DNA of 64,000 nt from an uncultured Candidatus Saccharibacteria bacterium (GCA_965225085.1 CBDDBE010000001.1:129641-193640); one strand, 5' to 3'. Positions 9,106-17,861 are shown, numbered from the stretch's first letter. Made by a program: numbers and translations. Notes: generated by a model from the letters alone, not told the origin.

Positions 9106-9702
9106 ATGGCCAAGAAGAAAAATATACCGCTCAAACTATCCCTCGCCTGTGGGGGCAATAAACCAGAGGGGTTCAAGGGCGTCGACATCGCTCGGACGAA
9201 GGACGCCGATTACGTCCAAGACCTACTCACCTTCCCATGGTCGCAGTTTGCCGACAATTCAGTCGACGAGATCGAGTGTGCAAACTTTGTTGAGCATATT
9301 CCGCACGGCGACAGTCGAGACGACCCGTTCTTTCAATTCTTTGACGAGATATACCGCATCCTGAAACCCGCCGAATTCGACCCGAACAACCCCAACATAC
9401 CTACGACTGGTTTTGCACGCATCACCTGCCCCTACTACTCCAGCATGCGCGCCTGGCAAGACCCGACACATCAGCGAGCTATTTCCGAGGCAAGCTTCCT
9501 ATATCTCAATCGCCAGTGGCGCATCGACAACCATCTGGACCATTACCCCGTTACCTGCGACTTTGACTTTAGCTACGGCTATGTGCTGTCACCCGAGTGG
9601 CAAACCCGCAACCAAGATGCACAGACTTTTGCCATCCAGCATTACATCAACGTCGTAACGGATATCCAGGTGCAGCTGGTCAAGCGCCCCCTCAAGGACT
9701 AG
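9106..9702 (+). CDS. Class I SAM-dependent methyltransferase
   Basis: 198 aa. Motif I-like LSLACGGNKPEGFKGVDI, ..VDEIECANFVEHIP.., ..EIYRILKPAE.. . Starts 10 nt after the GT-like gene and ends 1 nt before the next gene. Confidence 0.7.
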   Translation: MAKKKNIPLKLSLACGGNKPEGFKGVDIARTKDADYVQDLLTFPWSQFADNSVDEIECANFVEHIPHGDSRDDPFFQFFDEIYRILKPAEFDPNNPNIPTTGFARITCPYYSSMRAWQDPTHQRAISEASFLYLNRQWRIDNHLDHYPVTCDFDFSYGYVLSPEWQTRNQDAQTFAIQHYINVVTDIQVQLVKRPLKD

Positions 9703-9703
9703 C

Positions 9704-10534
9704 ATGAAGCGCTTTGGCCTGCTCCTCGTCATCCTGCTGATGGCCGTCGTGTGCCCGCCAGCACATGCAGCAGACAAAGACAAAGGCCTATTCATCACGC
9801 CCCTTCGGCAGTTTATAACCGTTGAACCCAGCAAGTCGCAAACCGCAACGCTTACCGTCGGGAATTTTACCCAAAGCCCCATCACCGTCACAATGTCGTT
9901 CGAGCAATTCTCGGTTGCGGACTACAGCTACGACTACCTCTTTTGGCAGGCGCGCGACAATTGGATCAGCTTCGATGCGCCCCAATTCGAGCTTCAGCCC
10001 GGCAAGAGTCGAGCCGTTACCTACACGATTGCGCCGCCCATCAGTGCAATGCCAGGCGGACACTACTTTACCATCTTCGCCACGACCAGCCTGAATGGGC
10101 GCGACCTGGTTCGCGCGGCGAGTGTGGTCTATGCTACGGCAAGCGGTCAGCTTACTAAAACCGCAGAACTTACCGGCTCTACTATTCCCCGCGTTTCATT
10201 TGGCGGCGATATACCCTATTCGCTAACAGTCAAGGACACCGGCAACACTCACTACGCGACCTATACATCCGGCCGGCTGCAAGGACTTATGTACGATGGC
10301 AAAGGCCAAACCACCACCAATCTACTGCTGCCCGGTACGGCTCGAACCCTGGCCGGGAGCATCCCCTCGCCAATCCTGCCTGGTATTTACCACGCAACCT
10401 TTGGGTTCACGACGGATACCAACACCGCCATCGAGCAAACCCGTTCCATCGTGTTTATTCCGCCTTGGGCGATCGTCCTGCCCATCGGCATAGCATGGCT
10501 CACCCTCATCCTTCTGCGCCGCCGCAAGCAATAG
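9704..10534 (+). CDS. DUF916-like (CscA-like) cell-surface protein with C-terminal membrane anchor
   Basis: 276 aa. Signal peptide (..CPPAHA/AD), FITPLRQFITVEPSKSQTATLTVGNFT.., ..WISFDAPQFELQPGKSRAVTYTIAPP.., C-terminal TM (WAIVLPIGIAWLTLILL) plus RRRKQ. Same layout as 3780..4808. Confidence 0.5.
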   Translation: MKRFGLLLVILLMAVVCPPAHAADKDKGLFITPLRQFITVEPSKSQTATLTVGNFTQSPITVTMSFEQFSVADYSYDYLFWQARDNWISFDAPQFELQPGKSRAVTYTIAPPISAMPGGHYFTIFATTSLNGRDLVRAASVVYATASGQLTKTAELTGSTIPRVSFGGDIPYSLTVKDTGNTHYATYTSGRLQGLMYDGKGQTTTNLLLPGTARTLAGSIPSPILPGIYHATFGFTTDTNTAIEQTRSIVFIPPWAIVLPIGIAWLTLILLRRRKQ

Positions 10535-11101
10535 CTATTGATCCTTGGCGATGGCGGTATAGGTCACCGCTACACTATAACTTCCTGCCGCCTGCGTGGC
10601 TGCGGTCAATGCGCCATATGTCACCGTTGTCGCGTCACCGGTCTCAAATGGGCCACTCGCATTCTTCAGCAAGTTGTTTGTAGCGCTCATGCCAGAAAAG
10701 TTCGACGTCGACCCCGTAGTATTGTAGCCCCACGTTCCGACCGCCAGCGGCCCATCGGTGGTGTTGGCGCTAGCCGGGATAGCGGCGCTACCACCGCTGA
10801 TCGCCATGCTTGTCGTGCCGGTGGTATGCGCATACAGGGAATACCCAACTGCATCTGTTGAAGTAACTGTCACCACATGCGACCCCGTTCCGCTAAACGT
10901 CGCACCATTCGCGGTCAAAGGCACAGATACGTTCCCGCCAAGCGCAATCGATAGGCTCGTGGCCGAACCAAATGGTACGTTTGCACCAAACACACCCTGG
11001 CCAAAGGGCGATGCCTGTGCTGCCCGCGGCGAAACGGCCAGCACAAACGTGCCCACTGCAACCACAACTGTCAAAGCCAGTGCCCGGCCAGAGCGGTTCA
11101 C
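10535..11101 (-). CDS. Secreted WxL-like surface protein
   Basis: 188 aa. Signal peptide (..AVSPRAAQA/SP), G/T/S-rich beta sequence, ..DAVGYSLYAHTTG.. and C-terminal ..AGSYSVAVTYTAIAKDQ, parallel to the motifs of 2712..3764. Convergent and abutting 9704..10534. Confidence 0.5.
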   Translation of the reverse strand: MNRSGRALALTVVVAVGTFVLAVSPRAAQASPFGQGVFGANVPFGSATSLSIALGGNVSVPLTANGATFSGTGSHVVTVTSTDAVGYSLYAHTTGTTSMAISGGSAAIPASANTTDGPLAVGTWGYNTTGSTSNFSGMSATNNLLKNASGPFETGDATTVTYGALTAATQAAGSYSVAVTYTAIAKDQ

Positions 11102-11103
11102 GT

Positions 11104-11496
11104 CTATTTCTCTTTTTGCAAATACATAATACGCGCGTAGGGCAAAAGCGCCCCAATAAAACTCATAGCCATCAGGAATGAAAACACGTCATTCTGAGTG
11201 AACACAAATGATTCACCCATTACGTAAGCTACAACTATGGCACCAAGGCCAGAACTGGCTTGCTTCACGTATAACTTGCCTTTTATGGCCCGTACCAGAA
11301 ACACAATACCCAGCACCAACAGCGCCGTGCCATTCAATGCATGCACCAGCACGAAATTCAACTGATGAAAGATACTTGCTGGATCATCCGCCGAGATCTC
11401 GTTGTACATGCTAGCCAGTACACCCAGTGCAAATTGCACCACCAGCAGGACAACGATCGCCGTCGCGAACTTCTTGTAGGGTTGTGTGTTCTTCAT
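11104..11496 (-). CDS. Four-TM membrane protein (hypothetical)
   Basis: 130-aa ORF with four hydrophobic helices. Ends 2 nt upstream of the start of 10535..11101 on the same strand. Confidence 0.55.
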   Translation of the reverse strand: MKNTQPYKKFATAIVVLLVVQFALGVLASMYNEISADDPASIFHQLNFVLVHALNGTALLVLGIVFLVRAIKGKLYVKQASSGLGAIVVAYVMGESFVFTQNDVFSFLMAMSFIGALLPYARIMYLQKEK

Positions 11497-11544
11497 GCCC
11501 TTATCATAGCATCTGTGCCAAGCCTTTATGGCTAAAGAAGGCGT

Positions 11545-12573
11545 TTACTTAACGTAACCACCGCCTACAAATGCCAGGATCACACCCAGCACAGCACATA
11601 CTTGACCCAAGACCCAGAACCTCATCGTCACCTTGGTCTTTGGCCAGCCTTGCGCCTCTAGATGGTGGTGAAGCGGCGCGGCTATAAAGATTCGGCGATG
11701 AAATATCTTCTTAGAAAGTATCTGCAGCAGGCTCGATCCGGCCTCCGCAACAAAGACCAGCGCAATGATCGGCAGGAGGAATAACGCGTTTGTCAGCATA
11801 GCCACAACGCCCAAAGCCGTCCCGAGCGAGAACGACCCAACATCCCCCATAAAGAACCGAGCCGGAGGAATATTGAACCACGTGTAGGCTAGCAGCGCGC
11901 CCACAATCGTCATGCAGAATCCGGCAATGCCAACATTGCCCTGCAGGATGGCGATGATGCCAAATGCGCCATATGCGCTCATCAGCAGACCACCAGCCAA
12001 CCCATCCAGTCCATCACTGATATTGACAGCATTACCCGTACTGACGACAACCAAGACAAAGAGCGGTATCAGCGCCCACCCCAGTGTGACGTCCGTAACA
12101 AAAGGAATGTGTACCGTGGTGTAGCCAAGCTTGTAGTAGAAAAACCACGCGCCAACGGCCGCAACAGCCGTGATCATGGCGAACTTTATCGGCGCTCGCA
12201 GGCCAGCCACGCCCTCACCGTTACCCCTGACATTGATGATGTCGTCAATAAGCCCCACAATCCCACCGCCCAGCAGAGCAGCCAGCGGCAGCCACGTCTG
12301 TTGACGGTTAAAGTTAAACAACACCGTCACCACCGTAATTGCGATAACCGTGACCGCGCCCGCCATGGTCGGCACACTGCGCTTGATGCGCAGTTTTGCG
12401 ATGACCTCTAGCGCTTCGCCAGTTGTAGATGTAGAGCGAGACCGTTTCCAAAACTTGTACTTGTAGGCAAAAAATGTATATACAGGCGAAAGCAACATAG
12501 CCACGCAAAAGGCTAATGAGCTAAGTATAAAAATAGTCGTCGTCTCTGGGACAATCTGTTCGAGTGTGACCAT
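11545..12573 (-). CDS. mraY: Phospho-N-acetylmuramoyl-pentapeptide transferase
   Basis: 342 aa polytopic. ..NAVNISDGLDGLAGG.., ..MGDVGSFSLG.., ..APLHHHLE.. are signature MraY motifs. Confidence 0.92.
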   Translation of the reverse strand: MVTLEQIVPETTTIFILSSLAFCVAMLLSPVYTFFAYKYKFWKRSRSTSTTGEALEVIAKLRIKRSVPTMAGAVTVIAITVVTVLFNFNRQQTWLPLAALLGGGIVGLIDDIINVRGNGEGVAGLRAPIKFAMITAVAAVGAWFFYYKLGYTTVHIPFVTDVTLGWALIPLFVLVVVSTGNAVNISDGLDGLAGGLLMSAYGAFGIIAILQGNVGIAGFCMTIVGALLAYTWFNIPPARFFMGDVGSFSLGTALGVVAMLTNALFLLPIIALVFVAEAGSSLLQILSKKIFHRRIFIAAPLHHHLEAQGWPKTKVTMRFWVLGQVCAVLGVILAFVGGGYVK

Positions 12574-12683
12574 GGGTTCCTTCTTTAAATCTTTGTCGTT
12601 TACGTCGTCCTGAAGGCTATTCTATCACACGGCTTGGTAGCGCACGGCTTGCGCGCGAAGGCGTATCTACTATACTAAAACGC

Positions 12684-13286
12684 ATGAACACAGACGCCCT
12701 AACCAAGCTTCATAGCGCACAGCACCCCATCCTCCTCATCGTCCGCGGCCTGCCCGGCAGCGGTAAGTCATATCTAGCCTCGGCGCTGCGCGAATTAATT
12801 GGCCACGATAAAACCATTATCCTCGACCCCGATACAATTGACCGGAGTACCAGAGCATACATCGACTTTTCCAAATCCTTAGAGGCAGAGGGCATCGATC
12901 TCAAATTTCACCCATGGAGGTTCTCGGCTGCGAAGGCTCGGGACGCAATTGGCGCCCACAAAGTCCTTATCTGGAACCAACCATTCATCGATTTTGGCGG
13001 ATTCGAGAGGACAATCGCAGCCATGCAGACGTTTGCAACCGAACACGGCACAAAGTTACCGACCTTAGTAGTCGAAGTCGAAATCCACGAAGACACCGCC
13101 AAAGCCCGAGTCGTAACAAGAAAAGAGCAAGGTGGCCATGGCCCATCAGATGAAGTTTTCGATCGCTTCGTGAGCCAGTACGAGAGTTTCTCGGGGCGTG
13201 GGTACGATACCATTACTGTTCATGGCGAAGACAGCACAGACGTGTCCACATCGACCATCCTACAGGCGCTGACCAAGCTCATATAA
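12684..13286 (+). CDS. P-loop kinase/ATPase (AAA_33 / polynucleotide-kinase-like)
   Basis: 200 aa. Walker A LLIVRGLPGSGKSYLA near the N-terminus. Terminator hairpin downstream. Confidence 0.6.
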   Translation: MNTDALTKLHSAQHPILLIVRGLPGSGKSYLASALRELIGHDKTIILDPDTIDRSTRAYIDFSKSLEAEGIDLKFHPWRFSAAKARDAIGAHKVLIWNQPFIDFGGFERTIAAMQTFATEHGTKLPTLVVEVEIHEDTAKARVVTRKEQGGHGPSDEVFDRFVSQYESFSGRGYDTITVHGEDSTDVSTSTILQALTKLI

Positions 13287-13333
13287 ATCTCGCAAACACA
13301 TTCGTTAAAGCTCTTTAACAAATCTGGTTGCGA

Positions 13334-13365
13334 GGGGACCGGATCCTTTCGGACGGTCCCCTTTT
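13334..13365 (+). terminator. Rho-independent terminator
   Basis: ggggaccg / cggtcccc stem followed by tttt. 3' of CDS 12684..13286. Confidence 0.6.
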
Positions 13366-13368
13366 AAC

Positions 13369-14214
13369 CTACACGACCTTCTCGGGCACGGCCCGGACGT
13401 AGCTGCGGAGCCATCGCGCGATGGCTCCGGTGAAGATCTTCGCCTCCTGGTTGGGCAGCGCGTCGAGCACCACCGCGTGGATCTCGAGTCCGCGCCCCGC
13501 CAAGCAGAACACGGCGTCCCAGTACTGGAAAAACGCGTGCGGATTGGGGAGGACCAGCAACACCTTGCTGCCGGGCGTCGGATTGACCATCCTCAACCAC
13601 TCCAGGAAGGTGTCACTGGTGTTGGCGCGGAAACCGGTGGTCCGGCTAGCCCCAACGAAATACGTCGGGATGCGCTTGACGGCTCGCGGGCGTCGGGAGC
13701 GCTTCCAGAGCGCCCCCATCATCTCGAGCTCGGTCTGGTAAGGGAGCGCCTTCGGCTTCCTCCACCAGAACCTGACGGGGAGTCCGTTGGGACGCGTATG
13801 CGTCAGCAGCTTCAATCCGTCACGATCGGGGTCGACCTCGCGGTCGCCGCCGAGCTGGTAGATGGCCCCGAATTCGAAGCCCTGCTCCACAAGGCTCACG
13901 ACCTCTGCGTTCTTACGGTCGCAGCCCTCCAGGTACCCGCCAGGGACAAGCACGTAGTCGAATACTCCCACCTCTGGCGTGATCCGACACCGTAGCTGAA
14001 GCTCATCGATGTCTTCCCAGAACTCAGGGCCGACCTCGACAAACTCCTCCTCGTGACGCTCGCGCCCCTTCGTCTTCCACATGCCCATGAGGGCGTCGGC
14101 GAGCTCGACAAGCGGCATCGGGCCGACGCCGAACAGCCTGAGCAGCCTCGCCAACGCGGGCAGAAGCTGCCCGTCCTCGTCCACAGGGGACATTGCATTG
14201 TGCAGGTTCGTCAT
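13369..14214 (-). CDS. GC-rich orphan protein (weak YdcF/DUF218-like pattern)
   Basis: 281 aa with a clean long ORF, G/C-ending codons, upstream TGgTATAAT and aaggaaagga SD. Hand count 41/60 GC at 13381-13440 versus 26/60 at 14281-14340. ..YVLVPGGY.., ..QTELEMM.., ..VLLVLPNPHAFF.. loosely recall DUF218. Confidence 0.6.
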   Translation of the reverse strand: MTNLHNAMSPVDEDGQLLPALARLLRLFGVGPMPLVELADALMGMWKTKGRERHEEEFVEVGPEFWEDIDELQLRCRITPEVGVFDYVLVPGGYLEGCDRKNAEVVSLVEQGFEFGAIYQLGGDREVDPDRDGLKLLTHTRPNGLPVRFWWRKPKALPYQTELEMMGALWKRSRRPRAVKRIPTYFVGASRTTGFRANTSDTFLEWLRMVNPTPGSKVLLVLPNPHAFFQYWDAVFCLAGRGLEIHAVVLDALPNQEAKIFTGAIARWLRSYVRAVPEKVV

Positions 14215-14368
14215 GCCGATTCCTTTCCTTAGATCCGGGCATGAAACAACTACATTATACCATTAAAACGCAATAATATCAATGATCTCCTCCGTTTGAC
14301 AACTCGTCGCCGGTAGATATACTATTAGTAACTTCTGCCATAGAAACACTACAGCAAAGGAGAACGGC

Positions 14369-15622
14369 GTGCTCAACATATACTTCTCGGGGATAGGCGG
14401 GGTCGGCATTGGACCCTTGGCGCAAATCGCACGCGATGCCGGATACCGAGTCCAGGGCTCGGACGTCAAGGAAACCTTGGTGACGCGCGAACTTCGCAAC
14501 CAAGACGTTACGGTGTATATTGGCCAAGATGGTAGCGCGCTACAAGAAGCGCAAAACGTGCAGCCTATCGACTGGTTCGTATACACCTCTGCCCTCCCCC
14601 AGGACCACCCCGAGCTGCTCCTGGCAAAAAAGCTCGGCATCAAGACCGCAAAACGCGATGAGCTCCTGGCGTTTATCATCCAGGAAAAGGGGCTTCACCT
14701 CATAGCCGTGGCCGGAACCAGCGGCAAGACCACAACGACCAGCATGCTAGTATGGGCCTTTATGCAGCTGGACATCCCTGTCAGCTACTCGATTGGAACG
14801 ACTATTTCGTTCGGGCCAAGCGGTAAATTTGACCCCCAAAGCAAATTCTTTATCTATGAATGCGATGAGTTTGACCGCAACTTCCTGCATTTCTCGCCAT
14901 ACATATCGCTGATTACCTCTATCAATTACGACCACCCTGATATTTACACCACGTCGGCGGACTACATGGATGCCTTTCGGCAGTTTATTAACCAGTCTGA
15001 CACGACGATCATGTGGCAAGCCGACAACGACAAAATCGAAGCCAAGGGTGACCACATCAAGGCTTTGCAGGATGACGAGCTGTTACCATTCCATCTGGCT
15101 GGGTCACACAACAAGCGAAATGCCACATTGGCGACTACGGCGATCACGCAGCTGGACCTGGCCGACGAGCCATCTGTTATTGCCGCGCTCGAGAAATTCC
15201 CGGGTGCCGACCGTCGCTTCGAGAAGTTGGCCGAAAACCTTTACTCCGACTACGCAGTTATCCCCGTCGAAATCGCCGCAACGTTGCAGCGCGCCCACGA
15301 GATGACCGATCGCATCGTAGCCGTCTATCAGCCGCACCAAAATATCAGGCAGCACCAGATCCGCGACCAGTACAAGGATTGCTTCAATTTGGCCCAGAAG
15401 GTCTACTGGCTGCCTACCTTCCTGGCTCGCGAGGATCCAAACCTTCCAATCCTGACGCCAGAGGAGCTCACGAAGGATATCACCAACCAGAACGTCACCG
15501 TTGCCGACCTCGACGATGCGCTGTGGGAGGCAATCGAGAAAGCTAGGCAGGAAGGCGCGTTGGTGCTGATGATCGGGGCAGGGTCAATCGATAAGTGGAC
15601 TAGGGAGAAAATCGGCTCGTAG
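14369..15622 (+). CDS. murC: UDP-N-acetylmuramate--L-alanine ligase (Mur ligase family)
   Basis: 417 aa, GTG start. N-terminal Rossmann motif YFSGIGGVGIGPLA, ATP-site ..IAVAGTSGKTTTTSM.., Mur ligase middle and C-terminal domains. Confidence 0.85.
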   Translation: MLNIYFSGIGGVGIGPLAQIARDAGYRVQGSDVKETLVTRELRNQDVTVYIGQDGSALQEAQNVQPIDWFVYTSALPQDHPELLLAKKLGIKTAKRDELLAFIIQEKGLHLIAVAGTSGKTTTTSMLVWAFMQLDIPVSYSIGTTISFGPSGKFDPQSKFFIYECDEFDRNFLHFSPYISLITSINYDHPDIYTTSADYMDAFRQFINQSDTTIMWQADNDKIEAKGDHIKALQDDELLPFHLAGSHNKRNATLATTAITQLDLADEPSVIAALEKFPGADRRFEKLAENLYSDYAVIPVEIAATLQRAHEMTDRIVAVYQPHQNIRQHQIRDQYKDCFNLAQKVYWLPTFLAREDPNLPILTPEELTKDITNQNVTVADLDDALWEAIEKARQEGALVLMIGAGSIDKWTREKIGS

Positions 15623-15686
15623 GTCTCTAGATTTTAGCTGCGTTATCTTAACTTGCATCTGTTTTATTCTATTGTCATATGAATAC

Positions 15687-15715
15687 TTGACATTTAACAC
15701 CTAAGGTGTTAATAT
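15687..15715 (+). promoter_or_regulatory. Sigma70-type promoter with embedded operator-like palindrome
   Basis: TTGACA (15687-15692), 17-nt spacer, TAATAT (15710-15715). A perfect inverted repeat ttaacacc-taa-ggtgttaa (15694-15712) spans the spacer and the -10 box. Confidence 0.6.
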
Positions 15716-15771
15716 ATCTACCGTCAGATCAACCGTCTGAGCTATCGCTCTTTAGCAGAAAGAGGCCAATC

Positions 15772-16119
15772 ATGGCTTCCATCGACCCCCAGGCGCTCGC
15801 CCAGCAGACCATCAAGGGCCTGAGCCTCAACCGCGCGCTGATCACCGGCGAAGGTGACAAGCTGCGCTTCAGCCCGGGAACGTACGGGGACGCAGCGCAC
15901 ATCACCAGCGTGGTGAAGAAGCTCAGCCTGAGCGACCAGCAGGCGATCACCGAGGCCGCCTGTGTCGACAACTACGCCGACCCGGCGCGGACCACGGCCG
16001 CCTACCGCGCGCTCCATGTCGACCGGGACCACATCAGCCTCAGGGACCAGCTGCACTACGCGGCTGCGGCCGGGCTGGCACTGCTGATCGCGCGGGAGCT
16101 CGGAGTCGAGGTCAAGTGA
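15772..16119 (+). CDS. GC-rich orphan protein
   Basis: ATG at 15772 (MASIDPQALAQQ..) preceded by agaaagagg. 115 aa with G/C-ending codons (hand count 40/60 GC at 15841-15900). The track start at 15706 lies inside the promoter. Confidence 0.6.
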   Translation: MASIDPQALAQQTIKGLSLNRALITGEGDKLRFSPGTYGDAAHITSVVKKLSLSDQQAITEAACVDNYADPARTTAAYRALHVDRDHISLRDQLHYAAAAGLALLIARELGVEVK

Positions 16120-16216
16120 CCTGACACCCGCCGTGGTGGCTCGGGTAGGGATTCATCCCCACCCCTGCCGCCACGGCTTTCCGCATTACGAAATCATCCG
16201 ATACCGCACACCCAAA

Positions 16217-16250
16217 ACAAAAGACATCGCCTGGGGGTGATGTCTTTTGT
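16217..16250. terminator. Hairpin terminator between orphan gene and tRNA-Arg
   Basis: Perfect 12-bp stem acaaaagacatc / gatgtcttttgt with a 10-nt loop. Sits directly 3' of the minus-strand tRNA and 3' of the plus-strand CDS. Confidence 0.6.
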
Positions 16251-16262
16251 GTAGATAAACTC

Positions 16263-16339
16263 TGGTACCCTCGGCAAGATTCGAACTTGCGACCACTTGG
16301 TTCGAAGCCAAGTACTCTAATCCGCTGAGCTACGAGGGC
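16263..16339 (-). tRNA. tRNA-Arg (anticodon TCG)
   Basis: 77-nt cloverleaf on the reverse complement: acceptor gccctcg/cgagggt, anticodon stem cttgg/ccaag, loop ctTCGaa, T-arm gcaag-ttcgaat-cttgc, CCA encoded. Confidence 0.9.
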
Positions 16340-16422
16340 GTAACGAGATAATTATAACAGATTGGCGCCTCTAATAAAATAACGCCGGTTAGCCCAAGCA
16401 AAATGGGCCAACCGGCATACCC

Positions 16423-16746
16423 TCAGCTAATCCGAGGTACGTAGCCGTAGGCTTTGCCCCAAGTACGCAAGGACAAGCCGAGATACCACGTGTCATACAA
16501 AACCTGGATCGCTCGACGCACATCTTCGTTGGTCAATTCAGGAACCTCGAGTCGAATTTGCCGTAAGGCGTCACCCGCCGTACGCCGTACTTGGCGACCT
16601 CCCAACTGAACTTGTGGTTCAATCAGCTCCACCAAACGCACCGCGCACCGACGAGCCGCCGACCTATCCCCCTCACTCTCGGACCATTGTTGCCAGGCTG
16701 CTCTGGAAGCTCGACGCCTCCTTGGGGTGTCACCCTTAAACTTCAT
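16423..16746 (-). CDS. Orphan basic protein (hypothetical)
   Basis: ATG at 16746 (MKFKGDTPRRRR..) is preceded by ggagagg 5 nt upstream. 107 aa. Hand count 37/60 GC at 16561-16620. Confidence 0.5.
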   Translation of the reverse strand: MKFKGDTPRRRRASRAAWQQWSESEGDRSAARRCAVRLVELIEPQVQLGGRQVRRTAGDALRQIRLEVPELTNEDVRRAIQVLYDTWYLGLSLRTWGKAYGYVPRIS

Positions 16747-16844
16747 AGTGCCTCTCCAGATACTGGCTAGGTTTGGACACATCAGTTGTACCATACACTT
16801 TATGTAGTGTCTAGTTTCCCGCCGCGCGCTATAATGAACGGAGT

Positions 16845-17861
16845 ATGCAGATAAAGACCAACGTTCCCCTCAAAGATTATTCCACAATGCGGCTCGGCGG
16901 TATCGCCGAAGCACTGACCACCGTCACTACCAAAGAGGAATTGGCCGAAGCCGTCGAATGGGCCGAAAAGCACCGCAAACCAATGCTCATGCTCGGCGGT
17001 GGCAGCAATGTCATCTTCAGCGATGGCTACGCCGGGTTAGTTGTCATCAATGCTCTGCATGGCTTCGAAATCATCGATCGCAATGAACGTTCCGCACTAC
17101 TGCAGATTGGTGGTGGTGAGGTATGGGATGATGTGGTTGCGCGCAGCGTCGCCCAAGGGCTGAGCGGTATCGAGATGCTTTCGGCCATCCCGGGTACCGC
17201 CGGTGCTACACCGGTGCAAAACGTAGGGGCATACGGCGCAGAGATTGCCGATGTCTTGACCGAGCTAGAGGCCTACGACACGCAGACCAAGGCTTTCGTC
17301 ACACTCAGCAAAGCCGATTGCCAGTTCAGCTACAGGAGTAGCATTTTCAAATCTCTGAAAAATCGCCGTTATATTATCACCAGCATCACTGTTCGTTTGA
17401 GTACCCAACCTTCGAAGGCGCCGTTTTACGATTCGCTGCAGGAATACCTGGATCGCAACAACATCAGCGAATACTCGCCGGCTGCGCTGCGTAGCGCCGT
17501 TGTGGCCATCCGAGCCCAGAAGCTTCCAGACCCAACGCTTATCGCCAACACCGGGTCTTTCTTCAAGAACCCTATCGTCACGGCGGGCAAGCTGACCCAG
17601 TTGCAACAGGACCGCCCCGATGTACCGTATTACCAAATGGACAACGGAGGCATCAAACTCCCTGCCGGCTGGCTAATCGACCAGGCAGGGCTAAAAGGCT
17701 ACCGCAGTCACGGCATGAGGGTCTACGAAAATAATGCCTTGGTTTTTGTGAACGAATCCGCCAAAAGCTATGAGGACCTGGCTGCCTTCAGGAAAGAAAT
17801 AGTCGATAAAGTCGAGGCAGCGTTCGGCGTCACCCTCGAACAAGAACCGGAGCTTATCTGA
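16845..17861 (+). CDS. murB: UDP-N-acetylenolpyruvoylglucosamine reductase
   Basis: 338 aa. N-terminus ..VPLKDYSTMRLGG.. and ..LMLGGGSNV.. FAD-binding motifs. C-terminal MurB domain. Confidence 0.9.
   Translation: MQIKTNVPLKDYSTMRLGGIAEALTTVTTKEELAEAVEWAEKHRKPMLMLGGGSNVIFSDGYAGLVVINALHGFEIIDRNERSALLQIGGGEVWDDVVARSVAQGLSGIEMLSAIPGTAGATPVQNVGAYGAEIADVLTELEAYDTQTKAFVTLSKADCQFSYRSSIFKSLKNRRYIITSITVRLSTQPSKAPFYDSLQEYLDRNNISEYSPAALRSAVVAIRAQKLPDPTLIANTGSFFKNPIVTAGKLTQLQQDRPDVPYYQMDNGGIKLPAGWLIDQAGLKGYRSHGMRVYENNALVFVNESAKSYEDLAAFRKEIVDKVEAAFGVTLEQEPELI

Noticed and set aside
5081-9702. Calling the fibre-like/GT/MT block a prophage or tailocin remnant
   Set aside because: I saw no capsid, portal, terminase, sheath/tube, tape-measure, baseplate, lysis or integrase genes and no att-like repeats. 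The block is embedded with 1-25-nt gaps in a cellular surface-protein operon.
14263-14679. 138-aa minus-strand ORF overlapping the murC start
   Set aside because: It is antisense to the conserved Mur ligase N-terminus (GIGGVGIG Rossmann motif) and has Ser/Trp/Cys-rich composition.
16133-16250. Hairpins flanking the GC-rich orphan genes considered as integron attC-like recombination sites
   Set aside because: The hairpins have unrelated sequences and different lengths, many carry T-tracts consistent with intrinsic terminators, and no integron integrase or attI is present in the window.
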